DNA from: Dehalococcoidia bacterium
GTDB taxonomy: Bacteria > Chloroflexota > Dehalococcoidia > Lucifugimonadales > UBA3495
Direction of reading: 5' to 3'
Length of the DNA stretch: 64,000 bases
Assembly: GCA_965220605.1 (NCBI GenBank)
Contig: CBDCQM010000005.1
Location: 729,565 to 793,564 of the forward strand
Part shown: piece by piece, positions 26,191 through 34,729 of the stretch
How positions within the stretch are numbered: position 1 is the stretch's first letter
How the letters are laid out: every line of letters begins with the position of its first letter
Made by a program: the position numbers and the translations under genes
The notes under the pieces: model-generated
Told to the model about the DNA's origin: nothing
Seen by the model: the letters and a program-made list of their open reading frames with translations, nothing else
The model's database searches: none

Positions 26191-27441
26191 TTACCAGATT
26201 ACCTGCTCTTCTTCCAGGCGGGACACTTCTGATTCTTCCAGGCCCAGCAGGCCGCAGAAGACTTCCCGGTTGTGTTCGCCGAGAAGCGGCGCGTGTCGCT
26301 GGATGCGGGGTGGCGTGCGACTGAGTTGCCACATCAGGTTGAATATCGGTTCGATGCCCAGCGCGGGATGTTCGATATCCGAATACAGTCCTCGCTCCTG
26401 AAAGTGAGGATTGAACAATCTGCCCTCAGCACCGAGTACCGGGAATGCCGCGACTCCGTGAGACTGTAGCAGCTCAGTCGTCTCCCAGGGAGTTCGCTCC
26501 CTGGTCCATGTTGAAACGTGCTCGTCCAACTGGCTCCTGTTGCCGAGGCGGCCATATCGGCTGGCAAACTCTGGATTCTGCGCCCACTCAGGATGCCCCA
26601 TGGCGTCTACGAGCCCCCGCCACTCCTCCTCGGTGCGGACGGCGATGGACACCCACTCGTCCTCGCCGCCGCAGGGGTAGTTGCCGTAGGGAGCCATCAC
26701 CGGGTCGTAGTTTCCTCGAGGCCGCGGCGCCCTTCCGGTGAGTTCGTACTCCATGAGACCGGCCCCCATGGTGGCCACGGTGGCGCGGAGCATCGAAAGA
26801 TCAATGTACCGGCCACGCCCCGTGCGGCGGCGCTGGTACAGGGCGGACGTGATGGCGAAGACTGCGTGCAGGGCGCCGCAGAGGTCGGCATAGGCGTGCT
26901 TGAGACCCAGCGGACGGCCGCCGCTCCGACCGTCTTCACTCTCATAGCCCATAGTGCTGTCCAGGCCGGACAGCGCGCCAATGGACGGAGCGTAGGCGCG
27001 CAGGTCCCGCAGGGGGCCGGTCTGGCCATTGGAGGTGATGGAGGCCATCACCAGCCCGGGGTTATTGCGGCTCAGGGTGTCGTAGTCAAGTCCCAGACGC
27101 TGCATCACGCCGGGCGAGAAGTTCTCGATGACCACATCGCACCGGGACGCCAGCCGTCGTGCCAGTTCCACGGCTTCGGGCTTCGTGGTATTGAGGGTGA
27201 TGCTGCGCTTGCCCCGGTTCACGTTATGGAACATCGGGTTCTGTTCCGGGTCGGGCTCGTCGCCGACGATGGGGCGGCCAAGACGCATGTAGTCCATGCG
27301 CTGGCGGGTCTCCACCTTGATGACCTCGGCGCCCATGTCCGACAGGATCATGCCGGGAACCGCCCCGGCCAGCACCCAGCCGAAGTCCAGAACGCGATAC
27401 CCATCGAGGGGTCCGGGCGGGATTCTGGCGTGTTGCGTCAT
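26191..27441 (-). CDS. CaiB/BaiF family III CoA-transferase (paralog 3)
   Basis: LDGYRVLDFGWVLAGAVPGMILSDMGAEVIKVE... 416 aa. Confidence 0.85.
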   Translation of the reverse strand: MTQHARIPPGPLDGYRVLDFGWVLAGAVPGMILSDMGAEVIKVETRQRMDYMRLGRPIVGDEPDPEQNPMFHNVNRGKRSITLNTTKPEAVELARRLASRCDVVIENFSPGVMQRLGLDYDTLSRNNPGLVMASITSNGQTGPLRDLRAYAPSIGALSGLDSTMGYESEDGRSGGRPLGLKHAYADLCGALHAVFAITSALYQRRRTGRGRYIDLSMLRATVATMGAGLMEYELTGRAPRPRGNYDPVMAPYGNYPCGGEDEWVSIAVRTEEEWRGLVDAMGHPEWAQNPEFASRYGRLGNRSQLDEHVSTWTRERTPWETTELLQSHGVAAFPVLGAEGRLFNPHFQERGLYSDIEHPALGIEPIFNLMWQLSRTPPRIQRHAPLLGEHNREVFCGLLGLEESEVSRLEEEQVIW

Positions 27442-27455
27442 TCAGGGACCGCCAC

Positions 27456-28040
27456 CTAATCGAAGCTGAAAGGCGGGTATTCGTCTACAAGCAGAGCGCC
27501 GTATGCGCTGACGCGGTACTGCCATAGATTCAACCGCATGATTATGTCGTACAGCGATTCGGAATAACGGCCTGTAATCAGCACCAGCAGCAGGGCCACC
27601 AGCACCAGCAGGCCGGTGATCATGCCCAGGAAATATACGATTATCCAGTGCGGGATAATGAGCAGCCAGCGAAACAGGGTGGTCAACCGCGAAGACCTTT
27701 CCGGGTATTCAATCAGCAGGTCCGCCGGATAGTCGTCCCGCGAACCGAAGGAGAAGGGTGGGTATCTGTCGGTGTTGCCAACACCGTACGAGTAATAGTT
27801 GACACGCCAGCTCCACCTGAGCAGGCCGGCGTGGTATCCCCACAGAAACTCAGGATTGCGGCCGATGACAAGAATGATGAGCCACGAGAGCGGGACAGTG
27901 AAAATCGTTGGGAACTGAAGAAGGCTCAGCAATACGATATGCGGAATCAGCAGCAGCCATTTAATGAGCCACAAGACGCGGTTGACCCGCTCTTCGTACT
28001 CCCCAACCAGTTGCACAGGGTAGGAGCCGTATCCAGCCAT
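27456..28040 (-). CDS. DUF4389 family membrane protein (tandem repeat)
   Basis: YPVQLVGEYEERVNRVLWLIKWLLLIPHIVLL and a second ADLLIEYPERSSRLTTLFRWLLIIPHWIIV repeat. Both end in YPPFSF. Alternative start at 28073. Confidence 0.7.
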   Translation of the reverse strand: MAGYGSYPVQLVGEYEERVNRVLWLIKWLLLIPHIVLLSLLQFPTIFTVPLSWLIILVIGRNPEFLWGYHAGLLRWSWRVNYYSYGVGNTDRYPPFSFGSRDDYPADLLIEYPERSSRLTTLFRWLLIIPHWIIVYFLGMITGLLVLVALLLVLITGRYSESLYDIIMRLNLWQYRVSAYGALLVDEYPPFSFD

Positions 28041-28150
28041 TAGGGGAACATCCTGCCACGAAGATTGCCACAATAATGGGAGCTTCCCGCAAGAATTTCG
28101 GGCTGGGTTTCAGTATACCTTACCGGCTTTCCTGCTATCCCGTCAGATGA

Positions 28151-28357
28151 CAGGGCAATCGCGTTATAACCGAATCGCCGCCTACTTGGCGCCAGAAATC
28201 TCTCCGGCACGCCGGAAGAGACCGTCATTCCGGCGAAAGCCGGAATCCAGAGCGTCCCGGAGCAGGCCAACTTTCCGGTAATCAAGGGTTATGGATTCCG
28301 GCTTTCGCCGGAATGACATTTGATGGGCAGGCAAAAGCTATAACGCAATCGTCCTAG
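28151..28357. mobile_element. MITE, B-ended family (longer variant) flanked by a 9-bp direct repeat gtcagatga
   Basis: cagggcaatcgcgttataacc...gtcattccggcgaaagccggaatccag...tggattccggctttcgccggaatgac...tataacgcaatcgtcctag. Direct repeats at 28142-28150 and 28357-28365. The right-hand copy contains the stop codon of the CoA-transferase gene. Confidence 0.7.
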
Positions 28358-29707
28358 TCAGATGATGCCCAGCCGGTAGAGTTGGACCACCTCTTCGGGG
28401 GTGTAGCCCAGCTCTCCGGCGTAGATCTCGCTGTTGTGCTGGCCCATCGTCGGCGCGGGACGGGGATGCGATCCTTCGACAGGCTCAGGATGAGCGGCAG
28501 GAGCAAGCTCAGGGTTAGCGGCAAGAGCGGGATCGGGATTGGCGGCAGGGGCCGACAGCGCATAGGGTGGGCCGGGAAGGGCGACCGGGCCAGTATCGGG
28601 CCGCTCGACCTCCACGAACAGGGACGCCAGGCTGGGGTCGTGGCGCACCTCGTCGAAACCCCTCACCGGAGCCAGGGGAATACGGTGCTCCAGCGCCATC
28701 CCCAGCAGTTCCGCTTTGGTGTGCTGTAGCAGCCACTCCTCGACGTACCCGTCCACCTCGTCGGCGTACTCGTTGTTCATCACGGTGCGGTTGCGAAAGC
28801 GCGGCTCCTGGGACCACCCGGGCGTGCCCATCAGTTCCAGCAGTCTGCGCCACTGGCGGCCTTCCGGGGAGCCAACAAAGATGTATCCATCCTTGCAACG
28901 CAGTATGCAGTTGGGGTAGGGAAAGTCCAGCGCATGGTGCCCGGTGCGGCGCGTCACTCGCCACTGGTAGACCGCCATCAGGGCCTCGGGGCCGTTGTAC
29001 AGCCCAGCCATGGACTCGATCTCGGCGATGTCGATGTGCTGACCGGGGCTGGCAGCGGAGATTTCTCCCTCATTCCAACTCTCTCCCGCCGGGAGAGAGG
29101 GCGGATTGTCGCGGGCCAGCAGGGCCATAACGATGGCCGACGCGGCGGCGGCTCCGGCGAAGTAGCCAGCTTCGGGCGTGCCGAAGGTCAGCGGCTCGCG
29201 GTCGGGGCTGCCGAGGCCCTCGCAGATTCCCCCGCCTGCCGCCAGGTTGATGTCGTAGGCTTTCCAATCGCGGTATGGGCCGGTCAGGCCGAACGGCGTG
29301 ATTGAGGCCATCACGAGACCGTTGTTGTGTTCTCGCAGAGAATCGTACTCGAGCCCGACCCGGTCCATCTCGGTTGGGTGCAGGTTATGCACCAGCACGT
29401 CGGCGCGGGAGACCATGCCTGCCAGTATCTCGCGCCCGGTGGGCGTATCGAGGTTGAGGGTGACGCCCCTCTTGTCGGCGTTCAGGTACAGGAACAGGCC
29501 GCCCCGCTCCCGGTGATGCGACCGTTCATGGTGAGCCTGTCGAACCACCGGCCAGGGGCCGTAGTCCCGGGCCCAGTCGCCAACCCCGGAACGCTCGATC
29601 TTCACCACATCGGCGCCCATGTCGGCCAGGAGCTTGCCACAGTAGGGGGCGGAGATGAACTCCCCGAACTCAAGGACTCGCAGGCCGTTAAGAAGGCCGT
29701 AGGTCAT
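28358..29707 (-). CDS. CaiB/BaiF family III CoA-transferase (paralog 4) with in-frame low-complexity insertions
   Basis: MTYGLLNGLRVLEFGEFISAPYCGKLLADMGADVVKIE... from ATG 29707. The track ORF extends to 29983 but that part is non-homologous and Arg/His-rich. Confidence 0.8.
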   Translation of the reverse strand: MTYGLLNGLRVLEFGEFISAPYCGKLLADMGADVVKIERSGVGDWARDYGPWPVVRQAHHERSHHRERGGLFLYLNADKRGVTLNLDTPTGREILAGMVSRADVLVHNLHPTEMDRVGLEYDSLREHNNGLVMASITPFGLTGPYRDWKAYDINLAAGGGICEGLGSPDREPLTFGTPEAGYFAGAAAASAIVMALLARDNPPSLPAGESWNEGEISAASPGQHIDIAEIESMAGLYNGPEALMAVYQWRVTRRTGHHALDFPYPNCILRCKDGYIFVGSPEGRQWRRLLELMGTPGWSQEPRFRNRTVMNNEYADEVDGYVEEWLLQHTKAELLGMALEHRIPLAPVRGFDEVRHDPSLASLFVEVERPDTGPVALPGPPYALSAPAANPDPALAANPELAPAAHPEPVEGSHPRPAPTMGQHNSEIYAGELGYTPEEVVQLYRLGII

Positions 29708-29712
29708 GCCGT

Positions 29713-30459
29713 TCAGCCCGCGGCCGCGTATCGGGCCAGGGCGTGCAGGTGGCCGGCCAGTTCCTCCGGCGCGGAGAGGAAGGGTGAATGGCCGGTCGGC
29801 ATGGTGATGACCTCGGCGCAGGGCATGGCGGTGTACATATCGCGCGCGAACTCCGGCGACACCGCGTTGTCCTGTAAGCACTCGACAAAGATACGAGGCA
29901 CACGTCCGAAATTTGCGTCGGTGATCCGCATGGGCGAGACCAACGGGCCCACGGGCTGAGGAACAACCATCGACTGCGCCCACGCCACGTCTTCGGACGA
30001 ACAGTCGTTGTAGAAGCGGTGCTGCGTCTGCTCCATCTTGTAGAGCACATGGGTGCCGTCTGCGGCCAGATCCCAGCTGGGGCGTTCCTCCAGGGCTCGT
30101 TGCAGGTCCGACTCCTCTGAGACCGTCCCCATGAATGTCGCACCGTCCGGCAGGAGGACCGCCGTGAGGTACACCAGCACAGCCACCTTGTCGGGACGCA
30201 ACTCCGCGGCCCGGCTGATGGATATGCCGCCCAGGCTGTGCCCCACCAGCACTACAGGACCTTCCAGCGAGTCCAGGACGCCACAGACGTGCTCGGCGTA
30301 GGTCTCCAACGTGACGTCGGCCAAGGGGGTGCCGTCATGGCCGTTGCCGGGGAGGTCGACGGCAATCACCCTGTGGCCATGCTGCTCCAGCAGAGGGGTC
30401 ACGCGCTCCCAGCACCAGGAGCCGTGGGCCGAGCCGTGAACGAGGACGTAGTTGGCCAT
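29713..30459 (-). CDS. Alpha/beta hydrolase (esterase-like)
   Basis: MANYVLVHGSAHGSWCW... and the nucleophile elbow GHSLGG. 248 aa. Confidence 0.8.
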   Translation of the reverse strand: MANYVLVHGSAHGSWCWERVTPLLEQHGHRVIAVDLPGNGHDGTPLADVTLETYAEHVCGVLDSLEGPVVLVGHSLGGISISRAAELRPDKVAVLVYLTAVLLPDGATFMGTVSEESDLQRALEERPSWDLAADGTHVLYKMEQTQHRFYNDCSSEDVAWAQSMVVPQPVGPLVSPMRITDANFGRVPRIFVECLQDNAVSPEFARDMYTAMPCAEVITMPTGHSPFLSAPEELAGHLHALARYAAAG

Positions 30460-30538
30460 ATCGGCGCTCCTTCTCCCTCTGGGGAGCATCTTAATAAAGT
30501 TCCATCTCCCAGAGGGAGCGGGTTAGGGTGTCATCCAC

Positions 30539-31285
30539 CTACTCCAACAAGCCATTCCGCAGCCGCTCCAACGTATCACCGCTGACCCCGTGCCGCCGCA
30601 AATATGACTCTGCACCTTCGTATTCCCGTTGCAGCGTGTCATGAAACCTGCGGAAGGCCAGTGGCTGTGGCGCCAGGGTCTGTGCAGTCGGGTTCGGGTT
30701 ATGCTCCATCGCCTTGATGCGGCGCACGATCCCTTCGACCACTTCTCCGGTCAGCATGTAGTCGGCTTCGATGGTCTCAGCGTCCACTCCCAGGACATCG
30801 AGGATCAGGGCGGCAAGAAGCCCGGTGCGGTCCTTGCCGGCGCTACAGTGGAAGACCGCCCCCCTTCCACTGCCCAGCGAATCCGATATGGCGCCGACGG
30901 CTGCGCCAATGCCTTCCCCGGAGTTCTCCAGCATCCAGAGATATGTGGCGGCAAGCCGCTCGGCTATATCTCCGCCGGTGAAGGGAGGAATTTCACCCCT
31001 GGCATCAAGAAACGGAAAGTGCCGGTAATCCGTTCCTAGTTCCGGCAACGGTCCCAGGCCATCCCGGTTGGCTTCGTTGGAGTTGCGAAGATCCACCACC
31101 AGTCCGATGTTCAAATCTTCCGCAGCCAGCTTGGAATCTGCGACGGTCATTTCCTGCAGAGCGTCGCTACGGAAGAGCCGACGCCAGCGGATGGTCCCTC
31201 CCTGGTCATTCCGGTAACCGCCGAGATCACGGAAATTGACGCAGCCCTGCATGGGCAGCCACCGCGGGTTGCTTTCGGCGCTCAT
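30539..31285 (-). CDS. Tyrosine/serine phosphatase-like protein (Y_phosphatase3-like, CX5R)
   Basis: VFHCSAGKDRTG is the CX5R P-loop. 248 aa. The ATG overlaps the stop of the CitE-like gene (ATGA). Confidence 0.75.
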   Translation of the reverse strand: MSAESNPRWLPMQGCVNFRDLGGYRNDQGGTIRWRRLFRSDALQEMTVADSKLAAEDLNIGLVVDLRNSNEANRDGLGPLPELGTDYRHFPFLDARGEIPPFTGGDIAERLAATYLWMLENSGEGIGAAVGAISDSLGSGRGAVFHCSAGKDRTGLLAALILDVLGVDAETIEADYMLTGEVVEGIVRRIKAMEHNPNPTAQTLAPQPLAFRRFHDTLQREYEGAESYLRRHGVSGDTLERLRNGLLE

Positions 31286-32184
31286 GCTCCCGGCACTCCC
31301 ATCTCACGGGCGATTTCCAGCATGGCGCGCGCCGTTTCCTCGTGAGCGATGTCCACCATGTCGCCGCCGAAGGTGACCGCCGCGCCTCCCTGGGCGCGCG
31401 TCGCTTCCATCGCCTGGATCAGCCCCTTGTAGTGGGCGACCTCTTCTTCCGACGGCGTGAAGACTTCATTGACCACCGGCACATGGGAGGGATGGATGAG
31501 GTGCATACCCGTGTAGCCCAGTTGCTTGGCCTGCTGGGCCGACCTTCGCAGGCCGTCCAAGTCGTGAATGTCCATCCAGCCGCCGCTCATGGGGTAAGGG
31601 ATGCCCGCGGCGCGTACGTCCACCAGCACCTTGGAGCGCAGGAACAGCGTTTCCATGCCCTCCGGCGTCCACTGGAAGCCGATGGAACGGGCGGTGTCGC
31701 CACCCTTGCCTCCACTGGCTCCCATGTGAGCCACGCGAGGCGAGGAGATGGCAATCTCCCACGACTGGCGTATGCCCGAAGCCGTCTCCAGGGCAGGATC
31801 GATGAAGATCCTGCCTATCTCCAGACCTTTCTCGCGCTCGAAGTGCCGGAGCAGGTTGTCGACTTCGACGACATCGGCAGGCCCTTCGACCTTGGGCAGA
31901 AGGACACAGTAGAGGTGGGGGCCTACAATCGCCTCCAAGTCGCCCCCGGTTAACCCCGTTTCCAGCCGGTTCACCCGGACTACGATCGTCTGCCCGGCCT
32001 CGCCCAGCTCCTGCACCATGGCGGCGACCGACTCGCGGGCCGCGGGCTTCTCGTCGGGCGGAACCGAGTCCTCCAGGTCCAGGATATAAGCGTCGGCGTT
32101 GAAGCGCGGCGCCCGGCGCATCCAGTCTTCCTTGTTGCCCGGAACGAAGAGCTCGGTCCGGATTGGCCTGGCCTTGAATCTCAC
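31282..32184 (-). CDS. HpcH/HpaI aldolase / citrate lyase beta (CitE)-like acyl-CoA lyase
   Basis: RTELFVPGNKEDWMRRA...ADAYILDLEDSV... is the CitE/malyl-CoA-lyase-type N-terminus. 300 aa. Confidence 0.8.
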   Translation of the reverse strand: MRFKARPIRTELFVPGNKEDWMRRAPRFNADAYILDLEDSVPPDEKPAARESVAAMVQELGEAGQTIVVRVNRLETGLTGGDLEAIVGPHLYCVLLPKVEGPADVVEVDNLLRHFEREKGLEIGRIFIDPALETASGIRQSWEIAISSPRVAHMGASGGKGGDTARSIGFQWTPEGMETLFLRSKVLVDVRAAGIPYPMSGGWMDIHDLDGLRRSAQQAKQLGYTGMHLIHPSHVPVVNEVFTPSEEEVAHYKGLIQAMEATRAQGGAAVTFGGDMVDIAHEETARAMLEIAREMGVPGA

Positions 32185-32310
32185 CCGCTTTCCTCCATTG
32201 GGGTTTCATCGCAAAGGACGCAGAGGCCACGCAGAGAGCACAGAGAGATCAAATAAATCCTCTGTGTCCCCCGCAGAATCTCGGCGTCCTCTAGCGTTTA
32301 ATCGTCCAGC

Positions 32311-33540
32311 CTACACCACGCCCTGGGACCTGAGCTCGGCGACCTGCTCGTCGGTAAGCCCCAGGATCGTCCTGAATACCTCGTCGTTGTGCATTCCCAG
32401 GGTAGGGGCGCCGGGCAGGGAGGGCAGTTCTCCGCCGGAGAAGCGCACCGGGAAACCTGCGGCCACCGCGCCCGCCACCGGCTCGTTCATGGCTCCGTGG
32501 TTCATCGGCGCGAGGATGCCCCGCTCCCAGAAGTGCCTGTCGTTCATCACCTGCTCGGCGGTGCGTACGGGGGCGCATGGAACATCGTGTTTCTCAAGGC
32601 ACTCGATGGCGGCATCCAGGGTCATCTTGCCGATGCGCTCCTGTATTTCCCGGCGGGCTTCTTCCACGTTGTCGGTACGCTTCACGTAGGTGTCGAAGCG
32701 CGGGTCTTCAAGCAACTCCGGGGTTTGCAGGGCGTCGCACATCCTGCGCCACTGGTCGTCGCTGGTAACGGTGATGGAGATGTCGCCTCCCACAGCGCTG
32801 TACAGCCCGGTGGGACCGCTGCGGCTGATGTTCCCGGTGCGCAGCGGCAGACCGAGTTCGATGCTTTCCTCCAGGTTCTCCATGAACATGAGGGAAACCA
32901 GCGTGTCCATCATGGAAACGTCGAGATACTGACCCTCGCCGGTGCGGTCCTTTTCGCGCAGGGCTGCCAGGATCGAATAGCAGGCAAACATCGGGGTTAC
33001 CAGGTCGCCTATGTAGAAGCCTACCTTTACAGGCGGGCGGCCCTCCTCGCCGTTAATGTCCATCAGGCCGCTCATTCCCTGGATCTGGGGGTCGTGGGCC
33101 GGCTTGTCTTTGTATGCGCCGGTCTGCCCGTAGCCCGAAATGGAGGCGTAGACGATGCCGGGGTTTACGGCCGCAACTTCCTCGTAGCCGAGTCCGGCGC
33201 GGCGCAGGGAGCCCGGGGCCAGGTTCTCCAAGACTACATCGCTCTCCTTGGCCAGCTCAAGGAACAGTTCCTTGCCCCTAGCGGTCTTGAGGTCGAGGGT
33301 TATGCTCTTCACGCCCTGGGTGCGCTTGAGGAAGCGGGTGGAGATGTCCTCATCGGAGTTGCGGCTGGCGTGGGTGCCCTCGGGCCCGGCGAAAGGGCCG
33401 TTGCCTCTTACCGGGTCGCCGCGGCCCGGAATTTCCACCTTGATGACCTCGGCGCCCAACCGGGCCAGGCTCATGGATGCGAACGGCCCCGCCAGGTACA
33501 CGGTCACGGCCAGGACGCGGATGCCGGCCAATGGCTGCAT
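32311..33540 (-). CDS. CaiB/BaiF family III CoA-transferase (paralog 5)
   Basis: LAGIRVLAVTVYLAGPFASMSLARLGAEVIKVE..., TGEGQYLDVSM. 409 aa. Confidence 0.85.
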   Translation of the reverse strand: MQPLAGIRVLAVTVYLAGPFASMSLARLGAEVIKVEIPGRGDPVRGNGPFAGPEGTHASRNSDEDISTRFLKRTQGVKSITLDLKTARGKELFLELAKESDVVLENLAPGSLRRAGLGYEEVAAVNPGIVYASISGYGQTGAYKDKPAHDPQIQGMSGLMDINGEEGRPPVKVGFYIGDLVTPMFACYSILAALREKDRTGEGQYLDVSMMDTLVSLMFMENLEESIELGLPLRTGNISRSGPTGLYSAVGGDISITVTSDDQWRRMCDALQTPELLEDPRFDTYVKRTDNVEEARREIQERIGKMTLDAAIECLEKHDVPCAPVRTAEQVMNDRHFWERGILAPMNHGAMNEPVAGAVAAGFPVRFSGGELPSLPGAPTLGMHNDEVFRTILGLTDEQVAELRSQGVV

Positions 33541-33557
33541 GGTCTTCTCCCCAATTT

Positions 33558-33632
33558 AGGATTTACGCAGTTGGCGATTTCACTCTCACCCCACCCTCAA
33601 GGGAGAGGGAATGGTTGAAGTGCGTAAGTCCT
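33558..33632. repeat. Family B hairpin with alternative ends (AGGATTTACGCAG / GTGCGTAAGTCCT)
   Basis: aggatttacgcagttgg...ctctcaccccaccctcaagggagaggg...gaagtgcgtaagtcct. Confidence 0.55.
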
Positions 33633-33636
33633 GTCC

Positions 33637-34578
33637 CTACTCGAACTCTACAGGTTCAAATTCCGGCTCTTCGTCCACCGCGCCTGAGGAGTATCGCTCG
33701 ATCACGCGCCGGAACTCACCGAGCTTGTCATGCAGCCAGTCGATCATGTCGGGCCAGTTGTCCCGGTCGTTGGTGTCAATCCTCAGGGACTCGGCGGAAG
33801 TGCCGAGGTTCAGTTGCAGGCCCTCGCGGTATATGGAAACCAGCTTCCTGGCCTCGTTATCGTATCTGCGGCTCTGCTCGACCAGGAAAATGCCGACCCG
33901 GCCCTGTGCGAGGTACTGGGAAACCAGCACGCCGCCGACTTCGTGATAGACGTTGCTGTGGATATGGTCCTGGTTGATCCGCAGATCGCCGGGGTGTTGG
34001 TCTGAATAGGAGTGCCAGAAGTCGTTGCGTATGCGGCGGAGGCGGTTCAGCCGGTTGTTGCGCGCGCCCTGCCCCGGGGCCGTACGATTGAGCACCTGGA
34101 TCCGGCGGTCCCAATCGTGAGGCTTCTCCAACACCTCGAACACGGGGGCTATCGGGGCAGGAAATTCGCCTATGCGGACCGCGCGGACTCGAACGGCGAA
34201 GAATGAGAAATCCTCCGGGGTGTTCATGTTCAGCCAGCGCAGCGCGGCCAGGTGGTCCGGGTGAAACTCCCTGGCCACCCAAATGGCGGACTGGGCCTCG
34301 AACCGGGCCAGGTGGCTCATGATCTGGCCCAGGTGATTCTGGTCGGTGTTGTCCAACTGGTTTTCAATTACGACGCGGCTTCCGTTGGCCGGGAAATTGG
34401 CCAGGATGTCGGCACTGAAACCGTCAACCGCCACTTCAAATTCGTCGGGTTCAATCGCGACGCCCAGCACCCTGGAGAGTCGTTGCAGGTTGTCAGAAAG
34501 CCAGGGGGTGAAGTCTTCGTTTTCGCTCTCCCATGCTTCTCTGATATCAATGTCTCTTAGTTCACTGAAATCCATCAT
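33637..34578 (-). CDS. Putative PD-(D/E)XK-like nuclease domain protein with a DUF4268-like C-terminal region
   Basis: 313 aa. WESENEDFTPWL...FSADILAN...VVIENQLDNTDQNHLGQIMSHLA resembles the N-terminal module of DUF4268-type proteins. The family call is from memory. Confidence 0.5.
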   Translation of the reverse strand: MMDFSELRDIDIREAWESENEDFTPWLSDNLQRLSRVLGVAIEPDEFEVAVDGFSADILANFPANGSRVVIENQLDNTDQNHLGQIMSHLARFEAQSAIWVAREFHPDHLAALRWLNMNTPEDFSFFAVRVRAVRIGEFPAPIAPVFEVLEKPHDWDRRIQVLNRTAPGQGARNNRLNRLRRIRNDFWHSYSDQHPGDLRINQDHIHSNVYHEVGGVLVSQYLAQGRVGIFLVEQSRRYDNEARKLVSIYREGLQLNLGTSAESLRIDTNDRDNWPDMIDWLHDKLGEFRRVIERYSSGAVDEEPEFEPVEFE

Positions 34579-34637
34579 CTCTTCCCCTCCACCAGGAAAA
34601 CATGTGGCGATATTCTAACACCCTTCCGAAAGGCTTG

Positions 34638-34646
34638 TGGTACAAT
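34638..34646 (+). promoter_or_regulatory. Extended -10 promoter candidate TGgTACAAT upstream of the CoxL-like gene
   Basis: tgtggTACAAT lies 84 nt upstream of the ATG at 34730. No good -35 element. Confidence 0.3.
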
Positions 34647-34729
34647 CCGGTTGGCTTGCCGGGCACCCGGCTATCCGCTGATTCAGAGTTTATTCCCGGG
34701 TTTCCAAACTCCGCGCGAGGTGGATTCTA

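Noticed and set aside
29490-29550. Third repeat-derived insertion in CoA-transferase paralog 4 (…QAHHERSHHRERGG…)
   Set aside because: Only a vague resemblance to the family B translation (SQRERG). Paralog 2 has a comparable though shorter loop at the same place, so this may be ordinary loop-length variation.
29708-29983. N-terminal 92-aa extension of CoA-transferase paralog 4 in the track ORF
   Set aside because: The extension is Arg/His-rich and overlaps the 3' end of the esterase gene. All four paralogs begin at the position equivalent to ATG 29707.
34579-34729. Moco riboswitch upstream of the CoxL-like gene
   Set aside because: No recognisable Moco-motif conserved core by eye; only a short hairpin (ccggttggcttgccgg). 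Left as a promoter/leader region.
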